A DNA stretch of 64,000 nucleotides, from contig CAMKOM010000011.1 of the NCBI GenBank assembly GCA_946414435.1, positions 19,408 through 83,407 of the forward strand, read 5' to 3'. Positions 32,701 to 40,889 of the stretch are shown one piece after another. This DNA is from an uncultured Bacteroidota bacterium. GTDB lineage: Bacteria; Bacteroidota; Bacteroidia; Bacteroidales; SZUA-534. The notes under the pieces were generated by a model that had not been told where the DNA came from, searched no databases, and saw only the letters and a list, made by a program, of their open reading frames with translations. Position 1 is the first letter of the stretch. The number at the start of each line of letters is the position of its first letter. Made by a program: the position numbers and the translations under genes.

Positions 32701-35338
32701 TGAGTTTGACATCACGGAGCCGGCAGAGGCGTTTGTGTTGGCCGAGAGCGCTCACAATGATGTGAAGTGTCATGGTAATAATGATGCAGTTGTGGGGCTG
32801 AGCGTATCCGGCAACCAGGGAGCGGTGACATATTTCCAAGACGAAGCGGCGATACCGTCGAACACGGCGAACTCATTATATGCGGGCGCCTATACGTTCT
32901 ATGCTGTTGATGAGAAGAATTGTCAGACTCAGCCATTGAATGTTACAGTCAGCCAGCCTGATCCGTTAAGCTCGTCGGTTAAAACCATTATGCCAATAAA
33001 ATGCGCGGCGGAGACGGGCAGCGTTGAGGTTGAAGCGGAAGGCGGCACTGCACCCTATTCATACAAGGTGTTGGAGCAGACTGAGTTTAGATTGTCGCCG
33101 GTGTTCGACGGGCTGACAACCGCCGATTATAAGTTTGTGGTGAAGGACAACAACAACTGCCACGACACCGCATCTTATCAGTTGACAGAACCCGAGCAGC
33201 TTGTAATCACGGGCAGCAAACTGAAAGACGAGTACTGCGGTCACAGCGACGGCACTATAAGTGTTGATGTGGAGGGCGGAACTGGCGGTTACGACATACG
33301 GTGGTCCGATTACCAGACGGGAGAGTTGGCAAGCGGTTTGCCTGCGGGCAGTTATATGGTATCCGTATATGACGAGAACCGATGCCTTGCCACAGAGACA
33401 TACGATATTAAGGACATTCCGGCCCCGGTTATCTCAATAAAGAGCATTGATTCGACAAAATGCTACGGCAGTGCCGACGGCGTTGCCGAGCTGAACGTAA
33501 GTCTGGGCACGGGGGCGATAGCATACCATTGGGAGACGGAAACGACCGGCGTCCCGTATTCCGGCAAGCTTAAGGCCGGACAGCAGAGTGTGGTTGCCGT
33601 TGACGAAATAGGCTGCGCCGATACTGCTCAGTTCACAATGCCCCAGCCCGACTCGATGAAGATAGAGATAGCTGTTGCGAACCCACTCTGTTTCAACGAC
33701 AATTCAGGCGAACTGACAGCCGCTGTCTCAAATTACAAGACGGGTTTGAGTTATAAATGGGACAACGGTGTTGCCGGGAGCGAAAACCGGGGTTTGTATG
33801 CCGGCACATATGGAGTGAGCGTTACAAACGCCAACGGCTGCGTGGCTAAAAAGAGCGCCACACTTGTCTATCCGGCAAAGATAACCATTAAGAAACTGGC
33901 GATTGCCGACACCAAGTGTGACCAACCCAACGGCAGCGTAACAGTCACGGCTACCGGCGGAACAGGAGTTTTGAAGTATGGGGTGAACATGGGAGCTGTG
34001 GCAGCGGCCAATAAAATTGAAGGTCTGCCGTCGGGCAACCACAAGCTGACGGTTGTTGACGATAACCAGTGCTCGATTGACACGACCGTACATGTCGGAG
34101 CGAATGTACCGCCAGTGTTAGTGATAAACACCCGGGATGATGTCAAGTGTCATGGTGAAAGCAATGGCAAGGTATCAGTTGGAGTGGAAGGCGGACGGAC
34201 GCCGTTTGTCTACAGCTGGGACAATGGTGACCGCACCACCATGTCAGCGAAAAACGGGCTCGGAGTAGGGAGTCACAAGGTGTACGTATTTGACGGCTTC
34301 GGGTGCTCCGACACACTTGATTTCGCAATAGAGGAGCCCTATGAGTTAGAGATATACGAGAGCGGCAGCACCGATCCGGTGTGCTACGGATACTCCAACG
34401 GCCAGATTGTTGCGGGAGTTATGGGCGGAACCGCACCTTACACTTATCAATGGGGGGACAGGCAGAGCACAGCCAAGGCGACCGGACTAGCCGCCGGCAC
34501 GCATTATGTGAATGTGACCGACAAGAACGGATGCAAGGCGAAGAGATACTTCACCCTTAGCAATCCCCAGCCTGTTGTGGTGGACATACCCGAAGTGATA
34601 AGCATTTGCTCAAACCAGACCGCGGACATTGACGCCGGGCACGAAGGCAGCTTCCACTACTGGAGTTCGGCAAACGGTTTCGAGTCTGTAGCGCAGAACA
34701 TCAGCGTCAACAAGAAGGGCACATATGTGGTTACAGTCACCACACTTGACGGGTGCATAGGGTCAGACTCCACCTTTGTTAATGTATCGGAAAAGGAAAT
34801 CAACGCGAACTTCCTGCTGCAGTCCGACGCTTATGTGGGCGACACCATTGTGATGATAGAGATATCGTGGCCGATACCCGAGAGCATAGAGTGGTCGTGT
34901 CCCGAGGGCATGACCGTGATCAGCGACTCGGGCGACGAGATAGAGATGGTGGCGACAAAGGAGGGTGTTTACGATGTTGGGCTCACCACCTATAACGACA
35001 TCTGCACGGAGCAGACATACAAGAGCATAGTGGTTAACCCTGTAGCCCAGAAACCTGCACCGCGCAAGCTCATGGCGCAAAAAATCATCAAAGAGGTCAA
35101 GGTGTATCCGAACCCGGCGGCGGGGCCGTTCAATCTCGAGATAGAGCTGAGCGAGGAGCATGACGTGACAATAGAGATAGTGCACATGTCGGGCACGCTT
35201 CAGAAGAAGAGACACATGAAAGGTGACCGGCGGTATGTGCTCAATTTCAGCAACACAGATCTAAATGCGGGCATAAACACGATAACGGTGATAGCCGGTG
35301 ACGAGATAGTAACGAAGAAGTTAGTCATAATAAGATAA
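26798..35338 (+). CDS. Giant SprB-repeat surface protein with T9SS type A CTD (cluster gene 5)
   Basis: 2846 aa; >20 repeats of C.G...G.I.V...GG..PY.Y.W...L.AG.Y.V.VTD.NGC; C-terminal VKVYPNP...TKKLVIIR. Confidence 0.88.
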   Translation: MNKIKNSVRKQLLLAGSLLMCIVTYGGIPSKLPGMLKAMVGTQNTYVYSPNTPILIEEVSSQNHRVIAIESHGIKKYGDSFYTYTFAFTFESYNGTQRVVDNLNGMQDHTPQDLDMYMCYDTDIPNIIINQVSYKSNGEVIIGDYITKYGNLHLGFNNSFQIKGEPYQQVVVLPLMGSSEKYKFLYKSYNKSYNENYKEYIGSLSGVISKSAPVTAGDRVYFSADKNGEGVDIAVFVKNGYYFTGLTTKYEGKDSDGKHGVYSFEMPLCSDIYVFSYVESTEVDADGDTRTRTYYSSNYKRFTPTVYPKPTYTFENATEKGGVLYIHPRKSSFSIKNTTSGSIKMGFNASGTISGEQISSNGKKTFNKSDYSNGAKYILNIEAVGGGKLKKEITVKYLEQWGESFDMCDAKVTLTAPPYLPDNISPVLTIVTTNAQGQTGGNTGSFGKTYNLNREPYKYKYVINYYKNNESIFVVTKEFSFPSKLEYVSEPAGKVFKGCIRASDNTSISVNVKGGSGTYNYFINGQNVKSGTSDKSYVLQPSVGNDYKIKVTDSNNCSTEEKTVNVKIDSPFDFTIVPKKTNGYDIACNGGKGTLTFSIKGGTGGYTYNGDPISNGASLSRSGVGPHSFTISDSRGCSETHSITLTQPAELKITKLDSIRADCKEANNGKVEVTASGGVGTLMYHLSNNSDGTIDRNDGIFTGLGVKSYTLSVTDANNCASPETTVTVGSNLKLEIAKIEPAECYDERLGSITLAPKFKDGFSFNYWLNGEEVNGPKIVNVEAGDNYKVKVKPVGSDCFAELGGIQVGGPTEPLQIETIDITRCSKTDSNDGELSVTPQGGTGEYKVSIKDKEGNDVKDSKKLYPGDYYVTITDANECVYSKKDPISIPSPTKDLGFIDTIIQHVTCNGGDTAKITVYADGGWPYPNGGYKYTLINSNNKKLYDNVLSNKSYTFSKLTAGHYKVIVTDEMKVADTISVEVKEPDPLSASSEVTKEISCPGRNDGKVTVTVSGGTAGYTLSFDNEPYTTNKTKEIDGISAGTHQYKVIDANKCEYSSTVEVDEPTAIELKANAAGELYNGYNISCNGEKTGIIVVSATGGTSGYQFSIDDGPFTAQYGENAQHTFSGIGAGEHNITAKDGHGCPASLPAKVKLKQPDPIVIKEKTKTQPLCYDSINGEITVIVSGGISTQDYNYSLNGVYDGSEGGEHTFENIGAKADHKVLVTDANGCKAETSIKLGQPAELTASVSNVKNNLCNGDKEGSITFTISGGTGSYYYALNGANKIEFGNDNTISGLPAKNAHSIVVSDAHECKADAIEQKITEPDKIVARAILNDYNGKNIRCNGGVDTAVINIEGGAGDNFSTTLGGITKNGKSVEFDNLKAGEYGYKVVNVNGGKSCVKEFSFEMKQADAVAFSGFASTDAKCHGVSNGELQVNVTGGVKSYACEITDLAGNSVNTATSSSGIYLYDRLAVGSYEFKVTDANGCAVSKGFPIKQPAPLTVSIANPKNVDCKGANTGEVSAVATGGSGSYKYKWSNGMTGQSIQNLLAGEYSVMVTDANNCQSEVDENGVKAQTTIDEPASALTMLEPVYANPTCSYNKDGEITINVSGGWGGYEYTLNGVSYGSNKIEGLDEGTYTAKVKDAGGCEVSTNDITLKKPEALSFENKIGTIICKGGATDVTITSASGGTGGNYSYSIDGGNTWQSGTTFANVVSGSYILRMKDGNECLATDKEITVTEPESLVLKEDVRHNYNGSTHKANGKITVTPQGGVMPYSYQWKDTTVTSQELDNIGFGIYTIIVTDSLGCVKTGTYYINDNNPTPEVVDAICPEGTEGSIRFGDTVKCTKVEWYNASTEELLPQSGTKTITGLPKGIYKAKLFNDTQVTYIYAEVKAPDSLKYATSQRNIDCHGDNTGMASVSFTGGVVPVSVVWKNQSDDEISHSQTIENLIKGKYTAYISDAKNCQSSSQALEFDITEPAEAFVLAESAHNDVKCHGNNDAVVGLSVSGNQGAVTYFQDEAAIPSNTANSLYAGAYTFYAVDEKNCQTQPLNVTVSQPDPLSSSVKTIMPIKCAAETGSVEVEAEGGTAPYSYKVLEQTEFRLSPVFDGLTTADYKFVVKDNNNCHDTASYQLTEPEQLVITGSKLKDEYCGHSDGTISVDVEGGTGGYDIRWSDYQTGELASGLPAGSYMVSVYDENRCLATETYDIKDIPAPVISIKSIDSTKCYGSADGVAELNVSLGTGAIAYHWETETTGVPYSGKLKAGQQSVVAVDEIGCADTAQFTMPQPDSMKIEIAVANPLCFNDNSGELTAAVSNYKTGLSYKWDNGVAGSENRGLYAGTYGVSVTNANGCVAKKSATLVYPAKITIKKLAIADTKCDQPNGSVTVTATGGTGVLKYGVNMGAVAAANKIEGLPSGNHKLTVVDDNQCSIDTTVHVGANVPPVLVINTRDDVKCHGESNGKVSVGVEGGRTPFVYSWDNGDRTTMSAKNGLGVGSHKVYVFDGFGCSDTLDFAIEEPYELEIYESGSTDPVCYGYSNGQIVAGVMGGTAPYTYQWGDRQSTAKATGLAAGTHYVNVTDKNGCKAKRYFTLSNPQPVVVDIPEVISICSNQTADIDAGHEGSFHYWSSANGFESVAQNISVNKKGTYVVTVTTLDGCIGSDSTFVNVSEKEINANFLLQSDAYVGDTIVMIEISWPIPESIEWSCPEGMTVISDSGDEIEMVATKEGVYDVGLTTYNDICTEQTYKSIVVNPVAQKPAPRKLMAQKIIKEVKVYPNPAAGPFNLEIELSEEHDVTIEIVHMSGTLQKKRHMKGDRRYVLNFSNTDLNAGINTITVIAGDEIVTKKLVIIR

Positions 35339-35348
35339 GACGCGGGTC

Positions 35349-38300
35349 ATGAAACGGTCAATATTACACATCATACTGTTGCTGTGGGCCATGCTGCCGG
35401 CGACGACAGCGCACTCGCAGTCCTATCCTGTTCAGTCAAACGTCTATGTGGTGGCGCCGTACAGCCAGACCTACAGCGACTACTATGCCGACGGCCAGCA
35501 GCGCATGTTTGTTAACATTCTGCTGAACGACATGTCGCAGGGACATCTTGACGTGGTGCTCCGGTTCAGCATAAAGAGCAACAACCTGAAGCTCACCAGC
35601 AAGCTTACGGGCAATGTGCAGCCGATAACCATCCACAGCGGGAAGATGTACCGAGTGGAGGGCTCGGAGCTGGCGCAGTATCTGAGGGTTGACGACATGC
35701 AGGCGGAGGGGCGTCTTGCGGGCGAGTTTCAGAAAAGCGGGAAGCTGCCCGAGGGGTATTACGAGATAAAGGTGGAGGTGGTGGAGTACTACCGCAGGGC
35801 CAACGTGTCGGCGCCGTCATATTCGACGATGTGGATAATGCAGCCCGAGGCGCCGGTGTGGACGATGCCACAGAACAACGCCAAGATAGACGCCATAAGT
35901 CCGCAGTTCATGCTTTTCGGGTGGATGATGACCGGCAACACATCGATGTTGCGAAACATTAAATACGAGTTCTCCATTTATGATAAGCCGGCAAGCATGA
36001 GCGCCGACGTGGTGGTGAAGACGTCCACCCCCATCTACAGTGAGGAGCTGACACAGCAGACGCTTGTGTACGGACCCGACAAGCCTTTGCTCGAGCTCGG
36101 GAAGGTCTATGCGTGCCGTGTTAAGGTGGAGGACGGAGACGGCTTAGTCAGCTTCAAGAACGACGGCTACAGCTCCACACTGGTGTTCAAATACGGAGAG
36201 GAGTGCGATCCTCCGACGCAGGTTACCATTACCGATATTACGAAAAAGGGAGCCACCGTGAACTGGGTGAGCGACCAGTCGCACAGCGGATACGATGTGG
36301 AGGTGAGGGAGCTGTCCGACGGCAAGAGCAGCGACTGGTTCACATGGAAAATCGACAAGCGCCAGTACAACTACGAGATAAAGCAGCTCTCGTCCGACAG
36401 CCGTTACGAGTGCCGAGTGGCCGCCGTATGCGGCCAGCGCTCGAACGGCATCCGTAGCGCATACACCGACCCTGTGGAGTTCAAGACATACGAGGCCGGG
36501 AACAAGAAATACAACTGCGGCGACCTTGTAGAGGCGTCAAAACCCACCAACCGTGTGCCATACCCCTATCTTGAGGAGGGCGACGTGATAACCGCCAACG
36601 GTTTTGTGTTCATTATTGAGTCGATATCGAAAGCCGGCGGGGGACTGTTCACGGGACAATGCTCGTGGTATATCAATTTGTGGGGAGTGAAGATATTGTG
36701 CGATTTCAAAGACATAAGCATAAACGTGACAAGGGAGCTCATAGGGGGCCAGATAGTGGCCTGTCACGACAAGGCACAGGTGAAGGCCTTCACCCGTCTG
36801 CAAAGCGCCGCATACATGCCGGCGGGCACACAGGTGCCAACGTCGTTCAAGGCCGACAAGATAATGACCATGACAGAGACCGTCGACTCGGTACGGATAG
36901 TAGACGGCGAGACACTGATATACGTTGCCGGCCAGAATCCGGTAAAGGTGTCGGCCACCGACAACGTGTTTGTCCAGTCGGCCGACGGCAACTACTACGC
37001 GGTGGAGGACGGCAAGGTCTATCCCAAGCCGTCGAACCTCGACAAAGACGGGAACCGCACACTGTCGTATAATCAGCTTATTACCGCCACATTCGGCTAC
37101 GACGACAACTTCGGCCGTCATGCGGGAGTTGACGCCTACAGCGATGAGAAAAAAGCGTTTGCTGCGCAGTACAGCCAGTATCAGCTTCACTCCGACGACG
37201 CCTACGCCACATGGATAGCCAAGAACCAGACCGCCGTGCCCATAGCCAGGGTGACAGTGAGCGGCGGCGACCGCACAGCCTTGCAGTTCCGCAATGGCGG
37301 GCAGGCAGTGGCAGTGAACAACGCCGCCGATGCCGACGCGCTCTATCTGCCTCTGACAGCCGACGGCCAGTACGACGCCTACTATACCACGCAGGACACG
37401 CACGGCGCCGATTTGGAGGTGATGGCAGGCCAGCTCAACGTGGTGTCGTATCCGCAGCAGAATATCAACGTATGCCTTGTTGAAGTGAACGGAGCAAGCT
37501 ACCCCCGTACAGCAAACGAGCTGTCGAACTACCTGAACGATGTGTTCGGCCAGGCGGTATTCGGAGTGAACCTGACCAAGACCTCTATTGAGGTTGACAA
37601 GTTCAACGGCACGCTCTCGGCCAGGGAGAGCGGTGCGCTTTCGGCGTACAATCCCGACATGAAGAAGCTGATAAAGAAGGTTAAGCGACTGCCTGACTAC
37701 AACAGCGATACTTACTACATTATGGTTGTTGCCAAGAGCGACAACTCGTCGCTGGCCGGATTCATGCCTGTGAACAGCAACTTTGGCTTTGTGTTTGCCG
37801 ACGCCTGCAACAGCACCGACATGCTTAACCGCACCATAGCCCACGAGCTTGCCCACGGCGCCTTCCACCTGTGGCATACCTTCAGCTCGAGCAACACCTA
37901 CACGGCACCGCAGGGCACCACAGCCAACCTTATGGACTACAACGGCACCAATGCTGAACTCTACAAATACCAATGGGACTATATCCACAACCCGCAGCAG
38001 GGCATTGTTAGGTGGATGGTGGATGAGGAGGAGAGTGAGGCGATTTTAAACAAAGATGTAATGCTTGCTTATTTAAAATCCATACACAACGCTAATGTTA
38101 AGTTTGTCGAAACTCTTGCATTGTCAATTGAAGCGGGATTCAATTTCAGTTTCAGCGGTGAAATAGAACTTGATGATGAGACAAGTTTGAGTTACTTGTC
38201 AATGTCGACATTCAGTAAAGGAACGGCAGGCGAAAAAATCATTGCCAACATTAAACCTTCAGAAAAAACGTGTGAATCCAAGAAGATAGATGACGAGGAA

Positions 38301-39035
38301 TATACGACTTACACATTTAAATCAACAAAATATGGAGATTTGCCCCCACTTGTGTTTACCGTTAAGAGTGATGAAACCACAATATTTGAAGAGTACGTAT
38401 TTAGGATTCTGACAATTGAAAAAGTACAAGAGTTGGCTGAAAAATCAGTTTCTCTTGCAAATGAATCAATGGATGCAAGCTCTATATGCAATGTCTGTAC
38501 ACGTACCGCCTTGTACTTTATCAAAAACGATTCTACTTTGTTCCCATATGAAGGTTCTGCGTTAAAGAAAACAGCAACTTCTTCAATTAGTTATGTGGAA
38601 GGTTACACAACCAATAATGGTCAAGCAAAGAAAATTCAGGAAGATTTTGAAGCAATGAAGTCTGAGTACGCGCGTGTTTTTGAAGAAATAAAAAAGGAAA
38701 ACGTTGAATCGTGGCAGCAATATTTTACCCGGTTGCAAGATATGGCAAGTGCAGGTGAGATTATCATTGGTGCAATGTTGAATAGCAATTCCACAGTTGG
38801 GCATGTTATGATGATAACACCCGGAGAAATGGCAGATGTATGGTATTTAGATGATGAAAATATAATCAATTACGTTTCCCAATATGGGAAAGGTTATTAT
38901 GATAGTGGTATAAAAAATGTTCCTATAGTAGTTGAATGCGGACAAGATGTAAGAAAATGGGATGCACCATTATGTACTAATGTGGATAGAAAAGGAGCGG
39001 TAGAACGTCTTAAATGGTATAGATATAAAAAATAA
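35349..39035 (+). CDS. TANFOR-like / FN3 / zinc metallopeptidase protein with variable C-terminal domain, putative polymorphic toxin (cluster gene 6)
   Basis: Signal peptide AHS|Q; YPVQ..V..PYS...SDY...LPEG.Y N-terminus; FN3 (PPTQV...VNW...YECRV); HELAHGAFHLWH with NLMDY Met-turn; AT-rich tip with C..GHV motifs. Confidence 0.75.
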   Translation: MKRSILHIILLLWAMLPATTAHSQSYPVQSNVYVVAPYSQTYSDYYADGQQRMFVNILLNDMSQGHLDVVLRFSIKSNNLKLTSKLTGNVQPITIHSGKMYRVEGSELAQYLRVDDMQAEGRLAGEFQKSGKLPEGYYEIKVEVVEYYRRANVSAPSYSTMWIMQPEAPVWTMPQNNAKIDAISPQFMLFGWMMTGNTSMLRNIKYEFSIYDKPASMSADVVVKTSTPIYSEELTQQTLVYGPDKPLLELGKVYACRVKVEDGDGLVSFKNDGYSSTLVFKYGEECDPPTQVTITDITKKGATVNWVSDQSHSGYDVEVRELSDGKSSDWFTWKIDKRQYNYEIKQLSSDSRYECRVAAVCGQRSNGIRSAYTDPVEFKTYEAGNKKYNCGDLVEASKPTNRVPYPYLEEGDVITANGFVFIIESISKAGGGLFTGQCSWYINLWGVKILCDFKDISINVTRELIGGQIVACHDKAQVKAFTRLQSAAYMPAGTQVPTSFKADKIMTMTETVDSVRIVDGETLIYVAGQNPVKVSATDNVFVQSADGNYYAVEDGKVYPKPSNLDKDGNRTLSYNQLITATFGYDDNFGRHAGVDAYSDEKKAFAAQYSQYQLHSDDAYATWIAKNQTAVPIARVTVSGGDRTALQFRNGGQAVAVNNAADADALYLPLTADGQYDAYYTTQDTHGADLEVMAGQLNVVSYPQQNINVCLVEVNGASYPRTANELSNYLNDVFGQAVFGVNLTKTSIEVDKFNGTLSARESGALSAYNPDMKKLIKKVKRLPDYNSDTYYIMVVAKSDNSSLAGFMPVNSNFGFVFADACNSTDMLNRTIAHELAHGAFHLWHTFSSSNTYTAPQGTTANLMDYNGTNAELYKYQWDYIHNPQQGIVRWMVDEEESEAILNKDVMLAYLKSIHNANVKFVETLALSIEAGFNFSFSGEIELDDETSLSYLSMSTFSKGTAGEKIIANIKPSEKTCESKKIDDEEYTTYTFKSTKYGDLPPLVFTVKSDETTIFEEYVFRILTIEKVQELAEKSVSLANESMDASSICNVCTRTALYFIKNDSTLFPYEGSALKKTATSSISYVEGYTTNNGQAKKIQEDFEAMKSEYARVFEEIKKENVESWQQYFTRLQDMASAGEIIIGAMLNSNSTVGHVMMITPGEMADVWYLDDENIINYVSQYGKGYYDSGIKNVPIVVECGQDVRKWDAPLCTNVDRKGAVERLKWYRYKK

Positions 39036-39041
39036 AGTATC

Positions 39042-39959
39042 ATGAAAAATAAAAATGCTTGTTGTGGACTTGTTTTAATGTTTATAAATCTATCAGTTTA
39101 TTGTCAAAATATTGAAAAGATAGATGTTGTTAATGAAAGTGTCAAGCCTTTTATTGCTTCCAAATGTAATCATTACACAAAAGAAGGAATACATCCATAT
39201 TGCATTCAATGTAATGGTATAGTATCTGTATATGATAAAAGTCACAGTTTTGGAGAAGGTAAAATTTTGGATTCGGTTGATGTGATTTTTAACTACAATA
39301 ATGATGTTGAATATGTTGTATGCCGAACAACCGCAAAACTTATTCATGTCAGTTTTTCAAAATCCAAGCCTTTAATGATTATTAACTATCTTGATGATAG
39401 ACCTGAATATTATGACGCAATACTTGATGACTATTTTTGGATTTATAATCTTGATAGCCTTGCTAATGGTATATTATACAAAGACTCTATATATTGCAAA
39501 TATTGTGATGATGGATATTTGATTGGTGATAAGTTGTTTTTTACCCGTTCAAACGAACGAGATGATTTTCAAGGCGGATATTGGCTTACAGATATTTATA
39601 TGTCACCATTTGACAACATTGCCGATTCGGTTGTAGTGGCTCGCAATTTTGGCATTCGAGCCATAAGTTCCGACGGTAAATATATTTTAGCCCAAAACAA
39701 GAACACTATTAGCCAGTATTCTTGCGCCATAATCGATGTGGAGCAAAAAAAATATCAAGTGCTTTTAGGGCGTAATTATTGTAATCGTACTGTCATATAT
39801 TCGGATGAGGAACAAAAATTTGGCTTTATTTTTGGCAAAAAAATCGTGTATGTTGATATGCCAAAAACATTTCCGTTTGATGCTCTTGAAAAGAAAGACA
39901 TATTTTGGCCAAGGCCAAAAGGATTAGAAGAAAAATTTAAAAAGCCACCATTAGAGTAA
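39042..39959 (+). CDS. Secreted/periplasmic protein, putative immunity protein (cluster gene 7)
   Basis: 6 nt after gene 6 with the same AT-rich composition as its tip; signal peptide VYC|Q; propeller-like ISSDGKYIL motif. Confidence 0.6.
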   Translation: MKNKNACCGLVLMFINLSVYCQNIEKIDVVNESVKPFIASKCNHYTKEGIHPYCIQCNGIVSVYDKSHSFGEGKILDSVDVIFNYNNDVEYVVCRTTAKLIHVSFSKSKPLMIINYLDDRPEYYDAILDDYFWIYNLDSLANGILYKDSIYCKYCDDGYLIGDKLFFTRSNERDDFQGGYWLTDIYMSPFDNIADSVVVARNFGIRAISSDGKYILAQNKNTISQYSCAIIDVEQKKYQVLLGRNYCNRTVIYSDEEQKFGFIFGKKIVYVDMPKTFPFDALEKKDIFWPRPKGLEEKFKKPPLE

Positions 39960-40019
39960 ATATTTGAATAATCTACGTATCCATCGTGGCATTGTGGGTT
40001 TATATTTGGGCGCCCTTAG

Positions 40020-40092
40020 CGTAGATACGCGGCGCGCCGCGTATCTACAGGCGGCGAGAGCGGGCATTGGTGCGGCATAGAAAAATCTGCGT
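40020..40092. repeat. REP-like GTAG palindrome plus flank, copy 1
   Basis: Perfect 28-bp palindrome GTAGATACGCGGCG|CGCCGCGTATCTAC (40021-40048) followed by AGGCGGCG...GGGCATTGGTG. Confidence 0.75.
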
Positions 40093-40181
40093 ATGTGGGG
40101 TTGGACTGAAAAAAGGCGACCTTCTTTTTTGATTTTTGTGCCAATTATCTAATTTTGTATAAAAATTTAAAAAACAGGAAA

Positions 40182-40397
40182 ATGTCAGAATCGGCTTTCG
40201 CACAATTGTCAGGTCAGATTGATATGCTTTCTTACACAGAGCGGGTTATGCTGCTCGATAAGATTGTGAGCACTCTGCGCAGTCCGTTCACCGCGGCTGT
40301 GCAAAAGAAAAAAGCCGAAACCGAAGCGGCTTTCGGGTTGTGGAAAGACCGCGACATCACGGTTGAAACCATCCGCCAAAAAGCGTGGGGGCGCTAA
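40182..40397 (+). CDS. Putative antitoxin of a type II TA pair
   Basis: ~71 aa directly upstream of a PIN toxin; AFGLWKDR...IRQKAW motif; TAATTTTG promoter element at 40150. Confidence 0.7.
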   Translation: MSESAFAQLSGQIDMLSYTERVMLLDKIVSTLRSPFTAAVQKKKAETEAAFGLWKDRDITVETIRQKAWGR

Positions 40398-40399
40398 CG

Positions 40400-40771
40400 A
40401 TGGAATATCTCTGCGACACCTGCATACTAATTGATTATCTGCGAGGCAAACAAGAAGCATACAACCGTCTTTCTGCCGACCGCAGCAAAGGTTTAGGAAT
40501 GTCATCTGTCACATTAATGGAACTGATGGTGGGCGCATTGAATAAGCGCGAGGTGTCGGTGATAAAAAAGGCCTTTTCTGATTTTGAGATTGTTGACATT
40601 TCAAGACCAATATCGATAAAAGCCCGATTATTAATTGAAAAATACGCCAAAAGTCACGGTCTTCTCATTCCTGATGCCCTTATTGCTGCCACAGCGTTGG
40701 AGTTAGGCGTGCCGCTGTGCACCGCCAATGTGGGCGATTTCCGTTTCATTCCCGACATCGCGTTGGTTTAA
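40400..40771 (+). CDS. vapC: PIN-domain (VapC-like) toxin
   Basis: LCDTCILIDYL, S.VT.MEL, PDALIAATA, T.N..DF. Confidence 0.88.
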   Translation: MEYLCDTCILIDYLRGKQEAYNRLSADRSKGLGMSSVTLMELMVGALNKREVSVIKKAFSDFEIVDISRPISIKARLLIEKYAKSHGLLIPDALIAATALELGVPLCTANVGDFRFIPDIALV

Positions 40772-40889
40772 ATACCATACATTTTGTCGTTTGTTGAGAC
40801 AATGCCGTCAGCACACGAAACATAAACGCAAAACACCGCAGGGCTGTCAGGGTTGGCGGCCTTGCAGGGTTGGAATAGGTGCACAAAAA

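Noticed and set aside
26798-35338. Calling the giant protein the gliding adhesin SprB
   Set aside because: Shares repeats only; it has a type A (YPNP) CTD and no sprC/sprD/sprF context
36537-37988. 483-aa antisense ORF inside the TANFOR-like gene
   Set aside because: Shadow frame of a GC-rich, codon-biased gene; V/A/H/R-rich with no motifs
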